A stretch of 64,000 nt of DNA. It comes from an uncultured Gammaproteobacteria bacterium. GTDB taxonomy: Bacteria; Pseudomonadota; Gammaproteobacteria; Pseudomonadales; Porticoccaceae. Position numbers and translations under genes: made by a program. Position 1 is the stretch's first letter. Every line of letters starts with the position of its first letter. The stretch is taken from positions 3,226-67,225 of the forward strand of contig CAMTUJ010000016.1 in NCBI GenBank assembly GCA_947084925.1, read 5' to 3'. Shown in pieces: positions 1 through 10,919 of the stretch. Below the pieces are notes generated by a model. The model had not been told where the DNA came from, ran no database searches, and saw only the letters and a list, made by a program, of their open reading frames with translations.

Positions 1-321
1 GGGCGCCAATACCTGCTCATCAAGTGCCTCGCCTTCAGGAGTCAATAGCGTATTTTTCCGGCCTTTGCGCCGGACAAATGTGAGATCATGCCCATCGGCT
101 GTTCGCAAAAACCCGTGGATACGGAGCTTATCATTGGCATGAAGAAAGTTATCGAGGGTACGTTCGTCGATACCGTAAAGCAGAGCTTTTAAACCCCGCA
201 AAGCCGAACTTTTCCCCGCTTCATTAGGCCCGTAGACGATATGCAGGCCCACCTCGTCAAAAGCCAATACCCGATCGGTAAAGGGCCCGAAAGCGGCAAG
301 ATTCAATTCCTGAATCCTCAT
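1..321 (-). CDS. SbcC/YhaN-like AAA (SMC-type) ATPase, N-terminal 107 codons only; gene continues beyond the left edge
   Basis: Minus-strand translation from the ATG at 321 reads MRIQELNLAAFGPFTDRVLAFDEVGLHIVYGPNEAGKSSALRGLKALLYGIDE..., with Walker A GPNEAGKS. The ATG overlaps the stop of the upstream SbcD-like gene (ATGA at 318-321). This ORF is not on the supplied track because it is truncated. Confidence 0.7.
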   Translation of the reverse strand, partial: MRIQELNLAAFGPFTDRVLAFDEVGLHIVYGPNEAGKSSALRGLKALLYGIDERTLDNFLHANDKLRIHGFLRTADGHDLTFVRRKGRKNTLLTPEGEALDEQVLAP

Positions 322-1580
322 GACCCTTTCTCCGTGAATAACAAGCGGTTAACGAGTAGGCCTTTGATATCCTCCAGGGTATCTTTTAGTAATTCGGGAT
401 TGGTTGGATCAAAGGGATCATCGCCAATCAGCAGTTCGGGCGGAAGTTTCTGACGAAGAGCGGACATCTCATCGGCTAGTGCGTCCAAAGCCGAGGTATC
501 CAGCTCCATGTCGCGGATGGCACGCAACAGACCGCTTAATGCATCATCACGTTCAAGAACCTCATCAGCAGAGACGGGCGGCTTTGTCTTGATAGAAACC
601 TTCTCCAACCACATTCCTGCACCACCTAGACCCGTTGCCATGGCGCGATACTCCTGTATCCAGTGTTCACGCTCGGCATGCAGTCGAGAATGAGCACCAC
701 AAGCTCCTTTCAGTATCAGGCGCGCAGCGACAGGTCGCCCTTCAGCAGCGTCAAGCTCCCTTTGTAGTGCCTCCCGTACCCGTTCATAGGCATCGTCGAC
801 GGTCTCACTGCCTGTGACGTCCACCTCACAGATCGCCCACCGCAGCACATCGAGATCACGATGCTCGACTTGGATGACTTCGCCATCGTCAACACTCACC
901 AGGGTGCAACCCTTCGGTCCCGTCTCACGAATATGTCGACCCTGAATGTTGCCGGGAAACACAATCCACGGTTCCCGGCATACCTCTTCACGCTTGTGAA
1001 CATGCCCAAGTGCCCAGTATTGATATCCTTTCGAACGCAGCCCATCCACAGTGCAGGGGGCATAGGGCTCGTGCCCTGGCTTGCCGTCGAGACAGGTATG
1101 CAGGAGCCCGATATTGAACAGCTGGGGGTCTCCTGCCGGATAGCCCTGGGACAGATCATCCGTCACAGCCCGGCTGATAAAACCCTGGCCATGGATAGCA
1201 ACAGAGAGCTCCTCCACAAGGACCCTCTCAGGCGACCGGGTGGAAAACACGGTGACGTTATCAGGCAAGCGAAGATGCTTGGTGATCTGGCTCGCTGCAT
1301 CATGATTGCCAGCAATCATGAAGACACGGATATCCGCCTCACGCAGCCGTCCCATACGCTCACTGAAATAAAGGCCGGTGTTGTAATCCTTCCAGTCCCC
1401 GTCATAGAGATCACCGGCCAGGAGCACAAAGTCCACCTCCTCATCGATGGCAAGTTCCACAAGGTTGTCAAAGGCACGGCGGGTGGCGCTGCGGATCTCG
1501 TCCACAGGGGCACCCTCGTATCGCTCCAACCCGTGCAGAGCGCTGTCGAGGTGGATATCTGCGGCGTGTATGAATTTCAC
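318..1580 (-). CDS. SbcD/Mre11-family metallophosphoesterase nuclease (YhaO-like)
   Basis: 420-aa ORF with a GTG start preceded by AAGGA. Calcineurin-like phosphoesterase motifs appear in order: IHAADIHLD, LLAGDLYDG, MIAGNHD, LGHVH. Confidence 0.8.
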   Translation of the reverse strand: MKFIHAADIHLDSALHGLERYEGAPVDEIRSATRRAFDNLVELAIDEEVDFVLLAGDLYDGDWKDYNTGLYFSERMGRLREADIRVFMIAGNHDAASQITKHLRLPDNVTVFSTRSPERVLVEELSVAIHGQGFISRAVTDDLSQGYPAGDPQLFNIGLLHTCLDGKPGHEPYAPCTVDGLRSKGYQYWALGHVHKREEVCREPWIVFPGNIQGRHIRETGPKGCTLVSVDDGEVIQVEHRDLDVLRWAICEVDVTGSETVDDAYERVREALQRELDAAEGRPVAARLILKGACGAHSRLHAEREHWIQEYRAMATGLGGAGMWLEKVSIKTKPPVSADEVLERDDALSGLLRAIRDMELDTSALDALADEMSALRQKLPPELLIGDDPFDPTNPELLKDTLEDIKGLLVNRLLFTEKGS

Positions 1581-1630
1581 GAATCCGTCCTTATCAGTGA
1601 TCTCGCCTTTATTTCAATACTATTTTCCAC

Positions 1631-3739
1631 TCATTTTTCAGATGAGGCGGCTGTCGCACCCTCACACAATGCTAAATCGCGCAACCGCCAACCAACTGCC
1701 TCCAAGGAAGCTTTCTGTTCAGGGGTAATGTGATTCGCATGCACAGCAAGACACAACAGGTGCTTAGGTCTGCTCATGGCCACATAGAGCTGACGCATGA
1801 ACTTTTTGTTAGGTTTAAAGGCTGCGCTATGATGAGGATTATCTCTCAATTTCACATTTGGGCGCTCCTGATTAGGGAGATCCCCTGTTAGATAAGGCAG
1901 CATCGTCTCAAGATCGAAGCAATGATACTTGGTTTCAAGAACAAGGATAGCGTCGTGCGTCTCCCCCTTCACACCATGAATTGTCGATAATTCAACCCGA
2001 AAACCGTCCGGATGTCGGATAATATTCTCCGGCAATGTAGTTAGTGCACTTTCTTTAGGTTCCCCTATATTTTGCTCAGCCCCTGCAACCTCTATCTCAT
2101 CGTGATACGTCATGTATTCGGATGCCTCAGCGGAAAGATTATTAAGATTAAAAATTGCTAACAAAACCCGGATTGCATCATCCCAGAATTCCTGATCTAT
2201 TTGATAGTCTTCGCCTAACATCATGCAGATCAATTCTCTATAGCAATCCCATTTGTCAGTGGCCCTTAATAATTCCCGCATGGACGTGGCACTAAAGTAG
2301 CGTCCTTCCTCGTCTTTTTTTTCTGCCTTTCTCAGGAGCCTTAAAATGCAATCTGTCAGCAGCTTGTAGTTGGCTGACCAGTCGACCGACGGTGACTGGC
2401 GACAGTAGTGCACTGCTTCGATAAACGCACTTTCCTTGAATTTGTTTTTTGCCTTCGACTTGTCGTACCCCGTCCAGTAATGGCCAATCTTCAACTCGTG
2501 CTTCTCAGGATCAATCTCATTTCCAACGGCCCCAACGACCTTTATGGAGAATTTATCCGATCGTTTATGCATCTCAGAAAACTGACATGAAACAATATCG
2601 GTAAATTCCGGAATTACGTTTCCCTTAGTTTCATCACGGTAAATGATGACAGTGTGCTCGAAATTCTGTCCATTGGCGTGAATCTGCGTTCTTTCCCTCA
2701 AACTATCCTCGGAAAGTTCTGTCTCTAAAAAAATTGCGTTGAAACTTACTCCCCGGATTTTTTTCCCGATTTTGTCATCAAATCGATGAGATTTATTGAT
2801 GACAAAATCCATATCTTCAACTAATTTCCCGTTGTAGCTTGAATTTGGGTCCTCCCCACCAACACCATGGAAAATCGCCTGATCTGGGTCACCATATCGT
2901 TGGACTATCAATTTTGGTTCGGCGAGTGGAAATATTTTCAGAAGCAAGTCGTCCTGGTATTTTTGCGTATCTTGCATCTCGTCAAGAAACACGTAGGGGA
3001 ACCGCTCTGCAACCAATATTCCCAAACTTGCGTTTTCAGAATATACCGTCTGCGCGTGGGTATACATATCTCTAAAAAGATAAATGCCATGCTCATCGAG
3101 GTATTGCTTTAACCGGGCCAGGGCTGCGTGGGCTTTCTGGAGGTTCGCATTCTTTTTCCATGCCTTGGGTACTTTATTTATATTTATATCCGTTCCATTG
3201 TTTGTGCTTAAACGAAATGTATCTCTTAGAAATGCATCTATGTTCTCCGGCGCACCAAGCCCATTGAGTGTGCCACGAAGCCACGCAAACTGGCCATTAT
3301 TCAGAAGCGTGCGGGCAACTTTAACGTATTCATCATTATCGACCGTAATGTTTTTGATACCCTTTGATCGCAGATACGGGATCGCAAGAAAACGGTTCAC
3401 AAACTCCTGGATTGTTCCAATAAAATGTGGATAGGAAAGAAGACGTTGCGCTTCGATCGTTTTTGATCGTTCAATGCGACCAATAATTTCATCCTTCGCG
3501 ACATTTGTATGTGAGAGGACGCAAATACCTTGGCACTGAAATGGCCATTTTTTAGCGAGCAGAATAAGCTTTGTCGCTATCAAGGTCGTTTTTCCGCTAC
3601 CGGGGCAAGCCTGTACGTCAATTGATCCCATAGACTCAAGAACAGATATTCTGTTTTCATCATTGAGAATCAAATCTTCGCTCGCCGCAATATCGGCAAT
3701 ATCCTGCTTGGTTATTAATCCATCAAGCGGGTCCAGCAT
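1631..3739 (-). CDS. UvrD/Rep/PcrA-family SF1 helicase, GajB-like (702 aa)
   Basis: Motif I is CPGSGKTTLIA, motif II VFLDEMQDTQ and motif III YGDPDQAIF. TIHGVKGETHDAILV and YVAMSRPKHLL are also present. The ATG at 3739 overlaps the upstream OLD-like gene by 17 nt. Confidence 0.8.
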   Translation of the reverse strand: MLDPLDGLITKQDIADIAASEDLILNDENRISVLESMGSIDVQACPGSGKTTLIATKLILLAKKWPFQCQGICVLSHTNVAKDEIIGRIERSKTIEAQRLLSYPHFIGTIQEFVNRFLAIPYLRSKGIKNITVDNDEYVKVARTLLNNGQFAWLRGTLNGLGAPENIDAFLRDTFRLSTNNGTDININKVPKAWKKNANLQKAHAALARLKQYLDEHGIYLFRDMYTHAQTVYSENASLGILVAERFPYVFLDEMQDTQKYQDDLLLKIFPLAEPKLIVQRYGDPDQAIFHGVGGEDPNSSYNGKLVEDMDFVINKSHRFDDKIGKKIRGVSFNAIFLETELSEDSLRERTQIHANGQNFEHTVIIYRDETKGNVIPEFTDIVSCQFSEMHKRSDKFSIKVVGAVGNEIDPEKHELKIGHYWTGYDKSKAKNKFKESAFIEAVHYCRQSPSVDWSANYKLLTDCILRLLRKAEKKDEEGRYFSATSMRELLRATDKWDCYRELICMMLGEDYQIDQEFWDDAIRVLLAIFNLNNLSAEASEYMTYHDEIEVAGAEQNIGEPKESALTTLPENIIRHPDGFRVELSTIHGVKGETHDAILVLETKYHCFDLETMLPYLTGDLPNQERPNVKLRDNPHHSAAFKPNKKFMRQLYVAMSRPKHLLCLAVHANHITPEQKASLEAVGWRLRDLALCEGATAASSEK

Positions 3740-5701
3740 TCCTTACTCCCTCCGCGTTCTGGACGTCTCCAACAATCGGTGCTGTGACATATTCTATAGC
3801 TTCAACAATATAGGGTGGCAGTTTTCCTTTAAGTGCTATGGCAAAAGCAAGATTAGCGGAATTGGTAGCTTTCTTGCGAGCATCCCGATCTTTCTGATCC
3901 TCATCAGAGAGTGCTTCTATATTGCCTCTAACCAAATCTTTTAGCTGATCGGCTAGTATTCTCGACAAGTCGTACGCAAAGTCTGTCTTGGATACTTTGC
4001 TCTGGATATAGGTTGCCTTCTCATTATCATCACCAACAATTCCTTCAATTCCCTCTCTAGACCCCTGAATAGCCTCATAACATTCTCCAAAAAGGCCATA
4101 CTTCGACAAACAAAACTCGAAAGTCCAATCGTCTGAAATCTTCACACATACGTTTTGCCGACTCAAACCATCAATCAGTTCGTCTTTCCGTTGTTGCTCG
4201 TTAGTACAGTTCCTTCTCCAATACCGCTGATTTCGGCCATTCTGCTTCTTGAAGCCATATTGGTTGCTACCATCATCCTTCTCCTCGACACAATCAGGCC
4301 AAAGGTCAAGGTCACGTAGGACACAGACCCTCGTTGAGGGGTACGTCCCCGAGTCTCGACGGAGAAAGAGCTTTGCGAACCGCTTCCACGACCCACTGTT
4401 GTCATACTTAATGATTGAAACGCCATAATTTTCCAGTGGTCTGCCAAGAAGCCTAGCAATTTCCGGAAGCAGAATATTTTCAGCGTCTCCTTCCACTAAG
4501 ACAATTCCTTTTGCGAAAAATATGTTCACCTTTGTCGCATCGAGAAACTTTCGGAGATACACATAATCATCGCCATCCAATTCCGTCTCTTCCGGCTTGA
4601 AGGGCCACGCCCTGCTGTCATTCAACATGATGACTTCCGAGGGATCTGCCTTGGACGACAAATTCGGACTGTGCGTCGTAAGGATACATTGAATGCCTTC
4701 TGGATTTTCGTCAGATTTCATTTTTGAGTTAATGAATTGCAAAAGCTTCATTTGGAGCTGCGGATGAAGGTGCGCCTCTGGCTCCTCTATGAGAAGAAGT
4801 GGAAACTCTTTTTCCACTTCTTGCTCTAACAAGAGAAGTTCTGCTGCCATAAATAATAAATTATGATAGCCAAGTCCGTGCAATTTTCGATCTTCGGTAA
4901 GCGCCAAGCTTAGCCCCTCAAGGACTGTTCGAAGATGACGACGCTTCGTGTTCTCAGGAAGAGTTTCCAGTCCTTTGGTGGTCACCCCGGCAATATCGAT
5001 GAACACGCCAAGTTTTTCTTTGTCCACTTCAAAAATGAGATCGTGAAGATATTTATCTTGAATATTTTTCGCTGATTTTTTGAGCGCAGCATCATCAGCT
5101 AATAGTTGCTCGTTCGCCTTAGCTATGATCATTAGAATGTCGTTAGCTTCATCACGAATTCCCTTTGATGAATTTAATATTTGAGACAGCCTCGAAGCAC
5201 GTCCGGACGAAAGTTCGGTTTCAGAATCTCTAAGAGGTTTTAGATATGTTGTCGCCAGGAAGTCACGAATTTCTGTTTCAACGGGAAGACCATTCCCATC
5301 TTTCCCAGAGCGGATTTCCGTTTGAATATACGGATATCCCCGACGTTCCTTTCCGGTCTTTTTCGCTGTCAACTGAACATATAAAACAGGCCTGCGCTTT
5401 CCCCCCCCTGACTATCAATGTATTCCTCATGAGAAAGATGTTCTACAAATCGGTAGGCATGTCTATCAACATCAGAAAATTTCAACTGGATAGAAAGCTC
5501 ACTGGCATCGTCATGAAAATCGGATTCCATTACATACGACCGCTCGGACGAATTGGTACCGAGCGTATATCTAATTGCGTCAACAAGAGCAGTCTTACCC
5601 GAGTCGTTTTCACCCACCAATACGTTCAGACCTCGATTTAGAGTAAAATCCAGTTCTTTAAATAGCCTAAATCCTATAATCGTAACCCTATCCAAATACA
5701 A
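3723..5701 (-). pseudogene. OLD-family ATPase + TOPRIM nuclease, GajA-like, split into 110-aa and 549-aa ORFs by a frameshift inside a G8 tract (5401-5408)
   Basis: The N-terminal ORF (5369-5701, TTG start with GGAGG 9 nt upstream) carries Walker A GENDSGKTALVDAI. The C-terminal ORF (3723-5372) carries LLLIEEPEAHLHPQ (Walker B/ABC-like), TOPRIM VLVEGDAENILLPE and VLRDLDLW. Reading through the G-run with one extra G gives ...IDSQGGGKRRPVLYVQLTAKKTGKERRGYPY..., a continuous protein of about 659 aa. Confidence 0.8.
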
Positions 5702-5757
5702 GGCCTAACCCTCCGAATTCATTACATACCAGCCTCACTCAAAGCTGATCAGCGAGG

Positions 5758-8700
5758 TCATATCGCTGCACCGCCCCTGCCAACAATCTCCATCAGCTTC
5801 CCATAGCTGGTCACCACGTCATACTTCACGTGTTCTGGATCAATCCTGCGGTTGATCTCCTCAAAGAATTTTCTGGCGCATTCTATTTTCGTATGCTCGA
5901 TGGCGCGCAGCTCCATGGTGGACATGGAACCTTTGGTCTCAGCCACAAAGTAGATGTGCTTGACTGTACCTTCCTTGAAGGAAATGGCCCAGTCCGGGTT
6001 GTAATCACCAACAGGGGTGGGGATCAGGAAGCCGCGGGGCAGTTTTGCGTAAACCACGACCTCGGCGCTGGCATCCAACTCTTTGACGAACTCACGCTCG
6101 ACCTTTGAATCGGTAATCACGTAGTCGTAAATGTGGTTCCTGAGCTTCTCGCTGGCTTTGGTGAAGTCCTGGCTACTCTGCCCTGCGGTGAAGATATCAA
6201 TATCGTGAGTCTCTGCGACACCGTCATAGGTCAGTCGCTCGATGATGATGGTTGCCTTTTGCTCGTTGATCAGGCGAGTCGCCTCTGCCAGAAAATGTTC
6301 CGGGTTCTGCTTGAACTGTTTGAATGTGGCCGGCTGTATACCGCTCATCATTTCAGCGATGGTTTTTCTGGTAAGTTGAGTGCTGTCGGACAACTTTCCC
6401 AGCAAATCATACCTGACGGTCGAGTGAATCGAGGCTTTGTATTCTTCCGTAGCGTTCTCCCGAAGTTCAAACCCCTGGCCAGCCTTGACCTGGTCGTACG
6501 TTGCCTCGCCGACCTGCTCGCCACCCTGGATGGTATATAGCAGTGGAGTCACCCTCAATTCTTTATCCAGCACTCGAATACTGTTGCGAATGAGCTCATT
6601 TGAATCGAACTCCACCCGATATACCGCCTTCCGGTTTATACGGTTCCAGAGTTCCTTGAATTCCCTCTTCTCGAAGTTGGCGTTCAGCGGATTGGTCTTG
6701 GGTTTACGGTCATCGCCCACATTGGGCAACTGAGATTCACTGAATACGCTGTCGATCAACCCGAAGATATGCTCAGCATGAGGGGCAAGTTCGGGAGGTA
6801 AAGCCGCCAGAGTGCCATTGGCTTTGGCGGCATGATAGGTCTCAGCAACCTGATCCACGTCATCCGTGTAGTCGTTTTTCAGCAGATATTTGTAAATCTG
6901 CTTGGCCATGACCGGGGTAATTTCCAGCGTCCCGGTTTCGGTCGATATTACCTTCCCAGTGAAATAGGCCTCATCGGCTTTTCGCGGTCGTGCCGACAGG
7001 GCGTCACTGATCTCGCGTTGCAGGTTGGCCACGAAATCTTTATAGCTCTCACTGGCGACGACGGTCAGTACGTTAATGTCATGCACCGTGGCTGCGTGGT
7101 CCATACGGTCACCGTGCTGATTGACGGACAATCTTAGACCACGTCCCACCTCTTGCCGGCGCGAAATCGTGTTGTCACTGTGCTTGAGCATACACATAAC
7201 GAAAACATTGGGATTGTCCCAACCTTCGCGCAGGGCCGAATGCGAGAAGATGAAGCGGACGGGCTCCTCGAAGGAAAGCAGCCGCTCCTTGTCTTTCAGG
7301 ATCAGATCGTAGGCATCGACATCATCCGAGAGCCCCGCTTCCTCTCCACGGATTTTGAAACTGGGATCAGTGAGCTTCTTGGTTTTCTTATCAATCGAGA
7401 AATAACCATTGTGTGTGCGACCAACGGGTATTTCGGCCAGATGCTTACGATAGGCCTCATTATCGAGCGCCAGTTCCCCCAGGTATTCGGCCTTGAGCTG
7501 CTCGTACTCTTCTTCAAAGATGCGGCCATATTCACCTTGTTCATCGGGCTGACTGTAGTCCCGGTACTTGACCACTTCGTCGATGAAGAAGAGCGATAGG
7601 ACTTTGATACCCTGAGCAAAGAGCCTTTTCTCCTTTTCCAGATGCGCCCTGATAGCTTCGCGGATCTGGATTCTCCGCATGGTCGCTTCGGTCACATCAC
7701 CAGTCGCATCCCCGGCCGTCAACACCTGACCATTGGTAAACTCCACCGTGTCTTTGTTGGCGTCGATCTGGGCGATGACGAAACCGCGATACTGGTCAAG
7801 TTCGTTTGACTCGACAAAGAGGTCCTTGCCTTTTTCCAGACGCTTCACGATGCGCTTGATGCCGTTGCCCTGGCGCACTTCCATCTCGATGCGGGCGACC
7901 GGCGCTTTCTTGGAAATCTCGATGGATTCCAGATAGAGATAGGCATTGGTCCCGGCTAGGCCTTTCACGGCGATGCCGCGCACCGCAATCTTCTTCACCA
8001 GCTTCTGGTTATAGGCGTCCAGGGCATCGAGACGATGAATTTTGTTGTGGGTGGTGCGATGCGTGGCCGAGTAGCGCAGGATCATCAACGGCTTGAACTT
8101 GGATAGCGCCTCCAGTGTCTTTGCCCCTTCCATTTTCTGCGGCTCATCCAGAATCACGATGGGGCGGTTACTGCTGATCACGTCGATGGGCCGGCGCGAC
8201 TGGAAGTCGTCCAGTTCATCATAGATGCGCCGATTATCCTTGCCGGTGGCATTAAACGCCTGGATATTGATGACCATGACGTTGATGCCCGCATCCGACG
8301 AAAAGCTCTCCAGGTGATGTAGCTGTTTGGAGTTGTAGATAAAAAAGCGGGCCTTCTTCCCATAGCTTTCGGTGAAATGTTCAGCGGTAATATCCAGGGA
8401 CTTGAACACCCCTTCACGGATGGCAATGCTGGGCACCACGATGATGAACTTGCTCCAGCCGTAGCGCTTGTTCATCTCGAAGATGCTTTTGATGTAGCAG
8501 TAGGTCTTGCCGGTACCGGTTTCCATTTCGATATCGAGGTTGACCTTGCACCCTGCGCTGGTCACCAGCGTGTCTGACAGCGGCAGATTCTGCCGCCGCT
8601 GGACGGCATGGATATTCTCGATAAGTTGAGTATCGGTCAGTTGTATATCGGCATTTTTAAAACCCGTATCGGTCTCTACCGTACTGCCGATGGTTTTACC

Positions 8701-8826
8701 CTTGACCACCCGGCCAGGATCAATCCGATACGCAATACCGGAAGTGTTGACCTGCCCGGCGAAGCAGTCAACGACGGACTCAACGGCGCTGGTCTGATAG
8801 GGCTGGACCTTGAACTTCAGCTTCAT
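5758..8826 (-). CDS. res: Type III restriction enzyme Res subunit (SF2 helicase + C-terminal PD-(D/E)xK nuclease)
   Basis: 1022 aa. Helicase motifs are [11 protein letters not shown] (I), VILDEPQKM (II) and [10 protein letters not shown] (VI). The C-terminal YNPDWAISF...IYFVAETKG fits PD...ExK. It lies 11 nt downstream of mod, the canonical mod-then-res order. Confidence 0.85.
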   Translation of the reverse strand: MKLKFKVQPYQTSAVESVVDCFAGQVNTSGIAYRIDPGRVVKGKTIGSTVETDTGFKNADIQLTDTQLIENIHAVQRRQNLPLSDTLVTSAGCKVNLDIEMETGTGKTYCYIKSIFEMNKRYGWSKFIIVVPSIAIREGVFKSLDITAEHFTESYGKKARFFIYNSKQLHHLESFSSDAGINVMVINIQAFNATGKDNRRIYDELDDFQSRRPIDVISSNRPIVILDEPQKMEGAKTLEALSKFKPLMILRYSATHRTTHNKIHRLDALDAYNQKLVKKIAVRGIAVKGLAGTNAYLYLESIEISKKAPVARIEMEVRQGNGIKRIVKRLEKGKDLFVESNELDQYRGFVIAQIDANKDTVEFTNGQVLTAGDATGDVTEATMRRIQIREAIRAHLEKEKRLFAQGIKVLSLFFIDEVVKYRDYSQPDEQGEYGRIFEEEYEQLKAEYLGELALDNEAYRKHLAEIPVGRTHNGYFSIDKKTKKLTDPSFKIRGEEAGLSDDVDAYDLILKDKERLLSFEEPVRFIFSHSALREGWDNPNVFVMCMLKHSDNTISRRQEVGRGLRLSVNQHGDRMDHAATVHDINVLTVVASESYKDFVANLQREISDALSARPRKADEAYFTGKVISTETGTLEITPVMAKQIYKYLLKNDYTDDVDQVAETYHAAKANGTLAALPPELAPHAEHIFGLIDSVFSESQLPNVGDDRKPKTNPLNANFEKREFKELWNRINRKAVYRVEFDSNELIRNSIRVLDKELRVTPLLYTIQGGEQVGEATYDQVKAGQGFELRENATEEYKASIHSTVRYDLLGKLSDSTQLTRKTIAEMMSGIQPATFKQFKQNPEHFLAEATRLINEQKATIIIERLTYDGVAETHDIDIFTAGQSSQDFTKASEKLRNHIYDYVITDSKVEREFVKELDASAEVVVYAKLPRGFLIPTPVGDYNPDWAISFKEGTVKHIYFVAETKGSMSTMELRAIEHTKIECARKFFEEINRRIDPEHVKYDVVTSYGKLMEIVGRGGAAI

Positions 8827-8837
8827 GCCATGCCCCC

Positions 8838-10910
8838 CTAAATGGACTTCACGTCGGTGCCCGGAGACATCTGTTTGAATATCTGCTCGACGTTGATCTT
8901 GACAGCATCGGACACAAAGCCGTTGTCACGGAAAACGACACGCAGCGGCTCGAAGCCGGCCAGTTCCTTGACCAGCTCTTCGTTTACACCGGTATCGAAG
9001 CAAGCCACCAGTGCGTTTTCATCTACAAAAAACACTGATTTTCCCTGGAGGATTTCTTTGCGGATAGGCAGCGACAGGTCGACACCCCAATCCAGCAACA
9101 CCTGGAAGAGTAGGTCTTCTGGCTTGCGGTCCGGCTTGATATTGTCAACAAAGGCATCGACCTGGGTCTGGTCGATGGTATCCGGCGTGTAATAGACGTC
9201 TGTCATATTCGATGAGTCAATTTTTAGCACGCGAAAGCCTATATCCTTGTTCCAGGCCTCATGGCATTCGCCTCCAAGAATTGCTTTCCCTGCACGGCGG
9301 ATACGTTCCTTTGTTATACCAGCAATATTTAACGGAATTCCTTCCCTTTTACAAAGCCCAATAACTGATTCATATTTTTTGCTCTTCTCATCGATACCCT
9401 CATCAAGTTGGACAGCGATGAAACAACGAGACCCTCCATCTTTGGCGTTTGCCTGCATGACTGCGTGAGGAAATGAGCCGGAGCCTGCAAAGAAATCCAT
9501 GAAAACTCCTTCCCCATACTTATATAGATCAATGCACGTTCGTAAAAGGCTCACTGGCTTCTTCCCATCTGGGAACGGTATACCTCCTTCTTTACCAACG
9601 TTGTTGTAGTCAAAGTTGTCCCAGAATGTTCCAAGCTTTTCCTTCTTAATTATCTGATCACCACTGGCATCTGCGACATCGTGTAGCCAGATCACTCGGC
9701 GAACTGTAGGACTGATATATGTATGTGTTACTTTTTCACCTTTATCCCGACCCGAACGCGGAACGTATTCAACTTCAATAATTTCACCGTCGTCCAGCCC
9801 TCCTACCGCGTCGATCACTCGGGTGCGAATGCTGGTCTGTGCATTTGTATCCGAGAAGATCTGCTTGAAATATTTCTTATAGGCTTCAGACTCACCGATA
9901 CCTTCATCCCGGCATACCTTGCTGATCGTTGTCCGTTTAACGCCTTTTCGCTTGTATATTTCTATATCATTACCATCGCCATCTTTTACTTTGCCAAAGT
10001 ATGTTCTTTCATCTGCTCCCAAAATGATGCTCGTGTACTTCCAGCTTTCTCCAGCTTCACGCATCTCATTGATTACATCAACTAAAGGCCGCTCTGTGTA
10101 CAGGTGCGCCAATGTATTGAATGCCTCAAGCGACTTTGCGAATATTACAATGTATTCGATATTTTTCTTTAGGCGCTTGTCCTCTCCACCTCCAGATGCA
10201 CCAGCAGACACCTTTGCCATCACACTGATGGTGTTGATGTAGTTCTGCTCGCCGAACACCTCATTCCCAAGTGCCGTAATATTCTTCAGCTCTGTATCGC
10301 TTATTGACATACAGATTGCACCGTCATCTGCAAGAAGGTTTCTTGCAAGGCGTAATCGGGAATACATCATCGAAAGCCAATCTGAATGAAATCGCCCGTT
10401 GGCCTCTGTATTCGCAATCAGCCTATTCCCTTTCTCATCTTTTTGATTTGACCTTTTCAGAAATTCCTCTGCGCTCTCCGCAAAGTCATCTTCGTAGATA
10501 AAATCATTCCCCGTATTATACGGTGGGTCGATATAGATCATCTTGACCTTACCGAGGTAAGTCTCCTGAAGGAGTTTCAGAGCCTCCAGATTATCGCCTT
10601 CGATGAGCAGATTTTGGGTGGTCTCAAAATCTACGCTCTCTTCCCGGCAAGGACGCAGGGTCTTGGCGATGGGCGCGTTGGCGGTGAGCAGCGCCTCCCG
10701 CTTGCCAGGCCAGTTGAGGTGATAGCGTTCCTGTGGACCCTCCACGATGGACTCGGACAACTCCTGCCGCAACTGATCAAAGTCCACTGCCAGCTTCAGT
10801 TGACCATCTTCGTCCTGGGCTTCAGTCACGCAGCCGGGAAACAGATCGCGGATGCGGGCGATATTCTCTTGGGTCAGGTTCGGCGAGTGTAATTTCATTT
10901 TTTCCATCAT
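8838..10910 (-). CDS. mod: Type III Mod subunit, N6-adenine (beta-class) DNA methyltransferase
   Basis: 690 aa. Motif [15 protein letters not shown] precedes motif [12 protein letters not shown], the beta-class order typical of Type III Mod. A long variable middle region is consistent with a target-recognition domain. Confidence 0.85.
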   Translation of the reverse strand: MMEKMKLHSPNLTQENIARIRDLFPGCVTEAQDEDGQLKLAVDFDQLRQELSESIVEGPQERYHLNWPGKREALLTANAPIAKTLRPCREESVDFETTQNLLIEGDNLEALKLLQETYLGKVKMIYIDPPYNTGNDFIYEDDFAESAEEFLKRSNQKDEKGNRLIANTEANGRFHSDWLSMMYSRLRLARNLLADDGAICMSISDTELKNITALGNEVFGEQNYINTISVMAKVSAGASGGGEDKRLKKNIEYIVIFAKSLEAFNTLAHLYTERPLVDVINEMREAGESWKYTSIILGADERTYFGKVKDGDGNDIEIYKRKGVKRTTISKVCRDEGIGESEAYKKYFKQIFSDTNAQTSIRTRVIDAVGGLDDGEIIEVEYVPRSGRDKGEKVTHTYISPTVRRVIWLHDVADASGDQIIKKEKLGTFWDNFDYNNVGKEGGIPFPDGKKPVSLLRTCIDLYKYGEGVFMDFFAGSGSFPHAVMQANAKDGGSRCFIAVQLDEGIDEKSKKYESVIGLCKREGIPLNIAGITKERIRRAGKAILGGECHEAWNKDIGFRVLKIDSSNMTDVYYTPDTIDQTQVDAFVDNIKPDRKPEDLLFQVLLDWGVDLSLPIRKEILQGKSVFFVDENALVACFDTGVNEELVKELAGFEPLRVVFRDNGFVSDAVKINVEQIFKQMSPGTDVKSI

Positions 10911-10919
10911 GATCGTCCT

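Noticed and set aside
8838-10910. Simple-sequence repeats that would make the Type III mod gene phase variable (a phasevarion).
   Set aside because: I found no tetra- or pentanucleotide repeat tract and no long homopolymer in the gene or its first 200 nt. The only notable tracts in the island are the G8 in the OLD gene and an in-frame A8 (2315-2322) in the UvrD-like gene.
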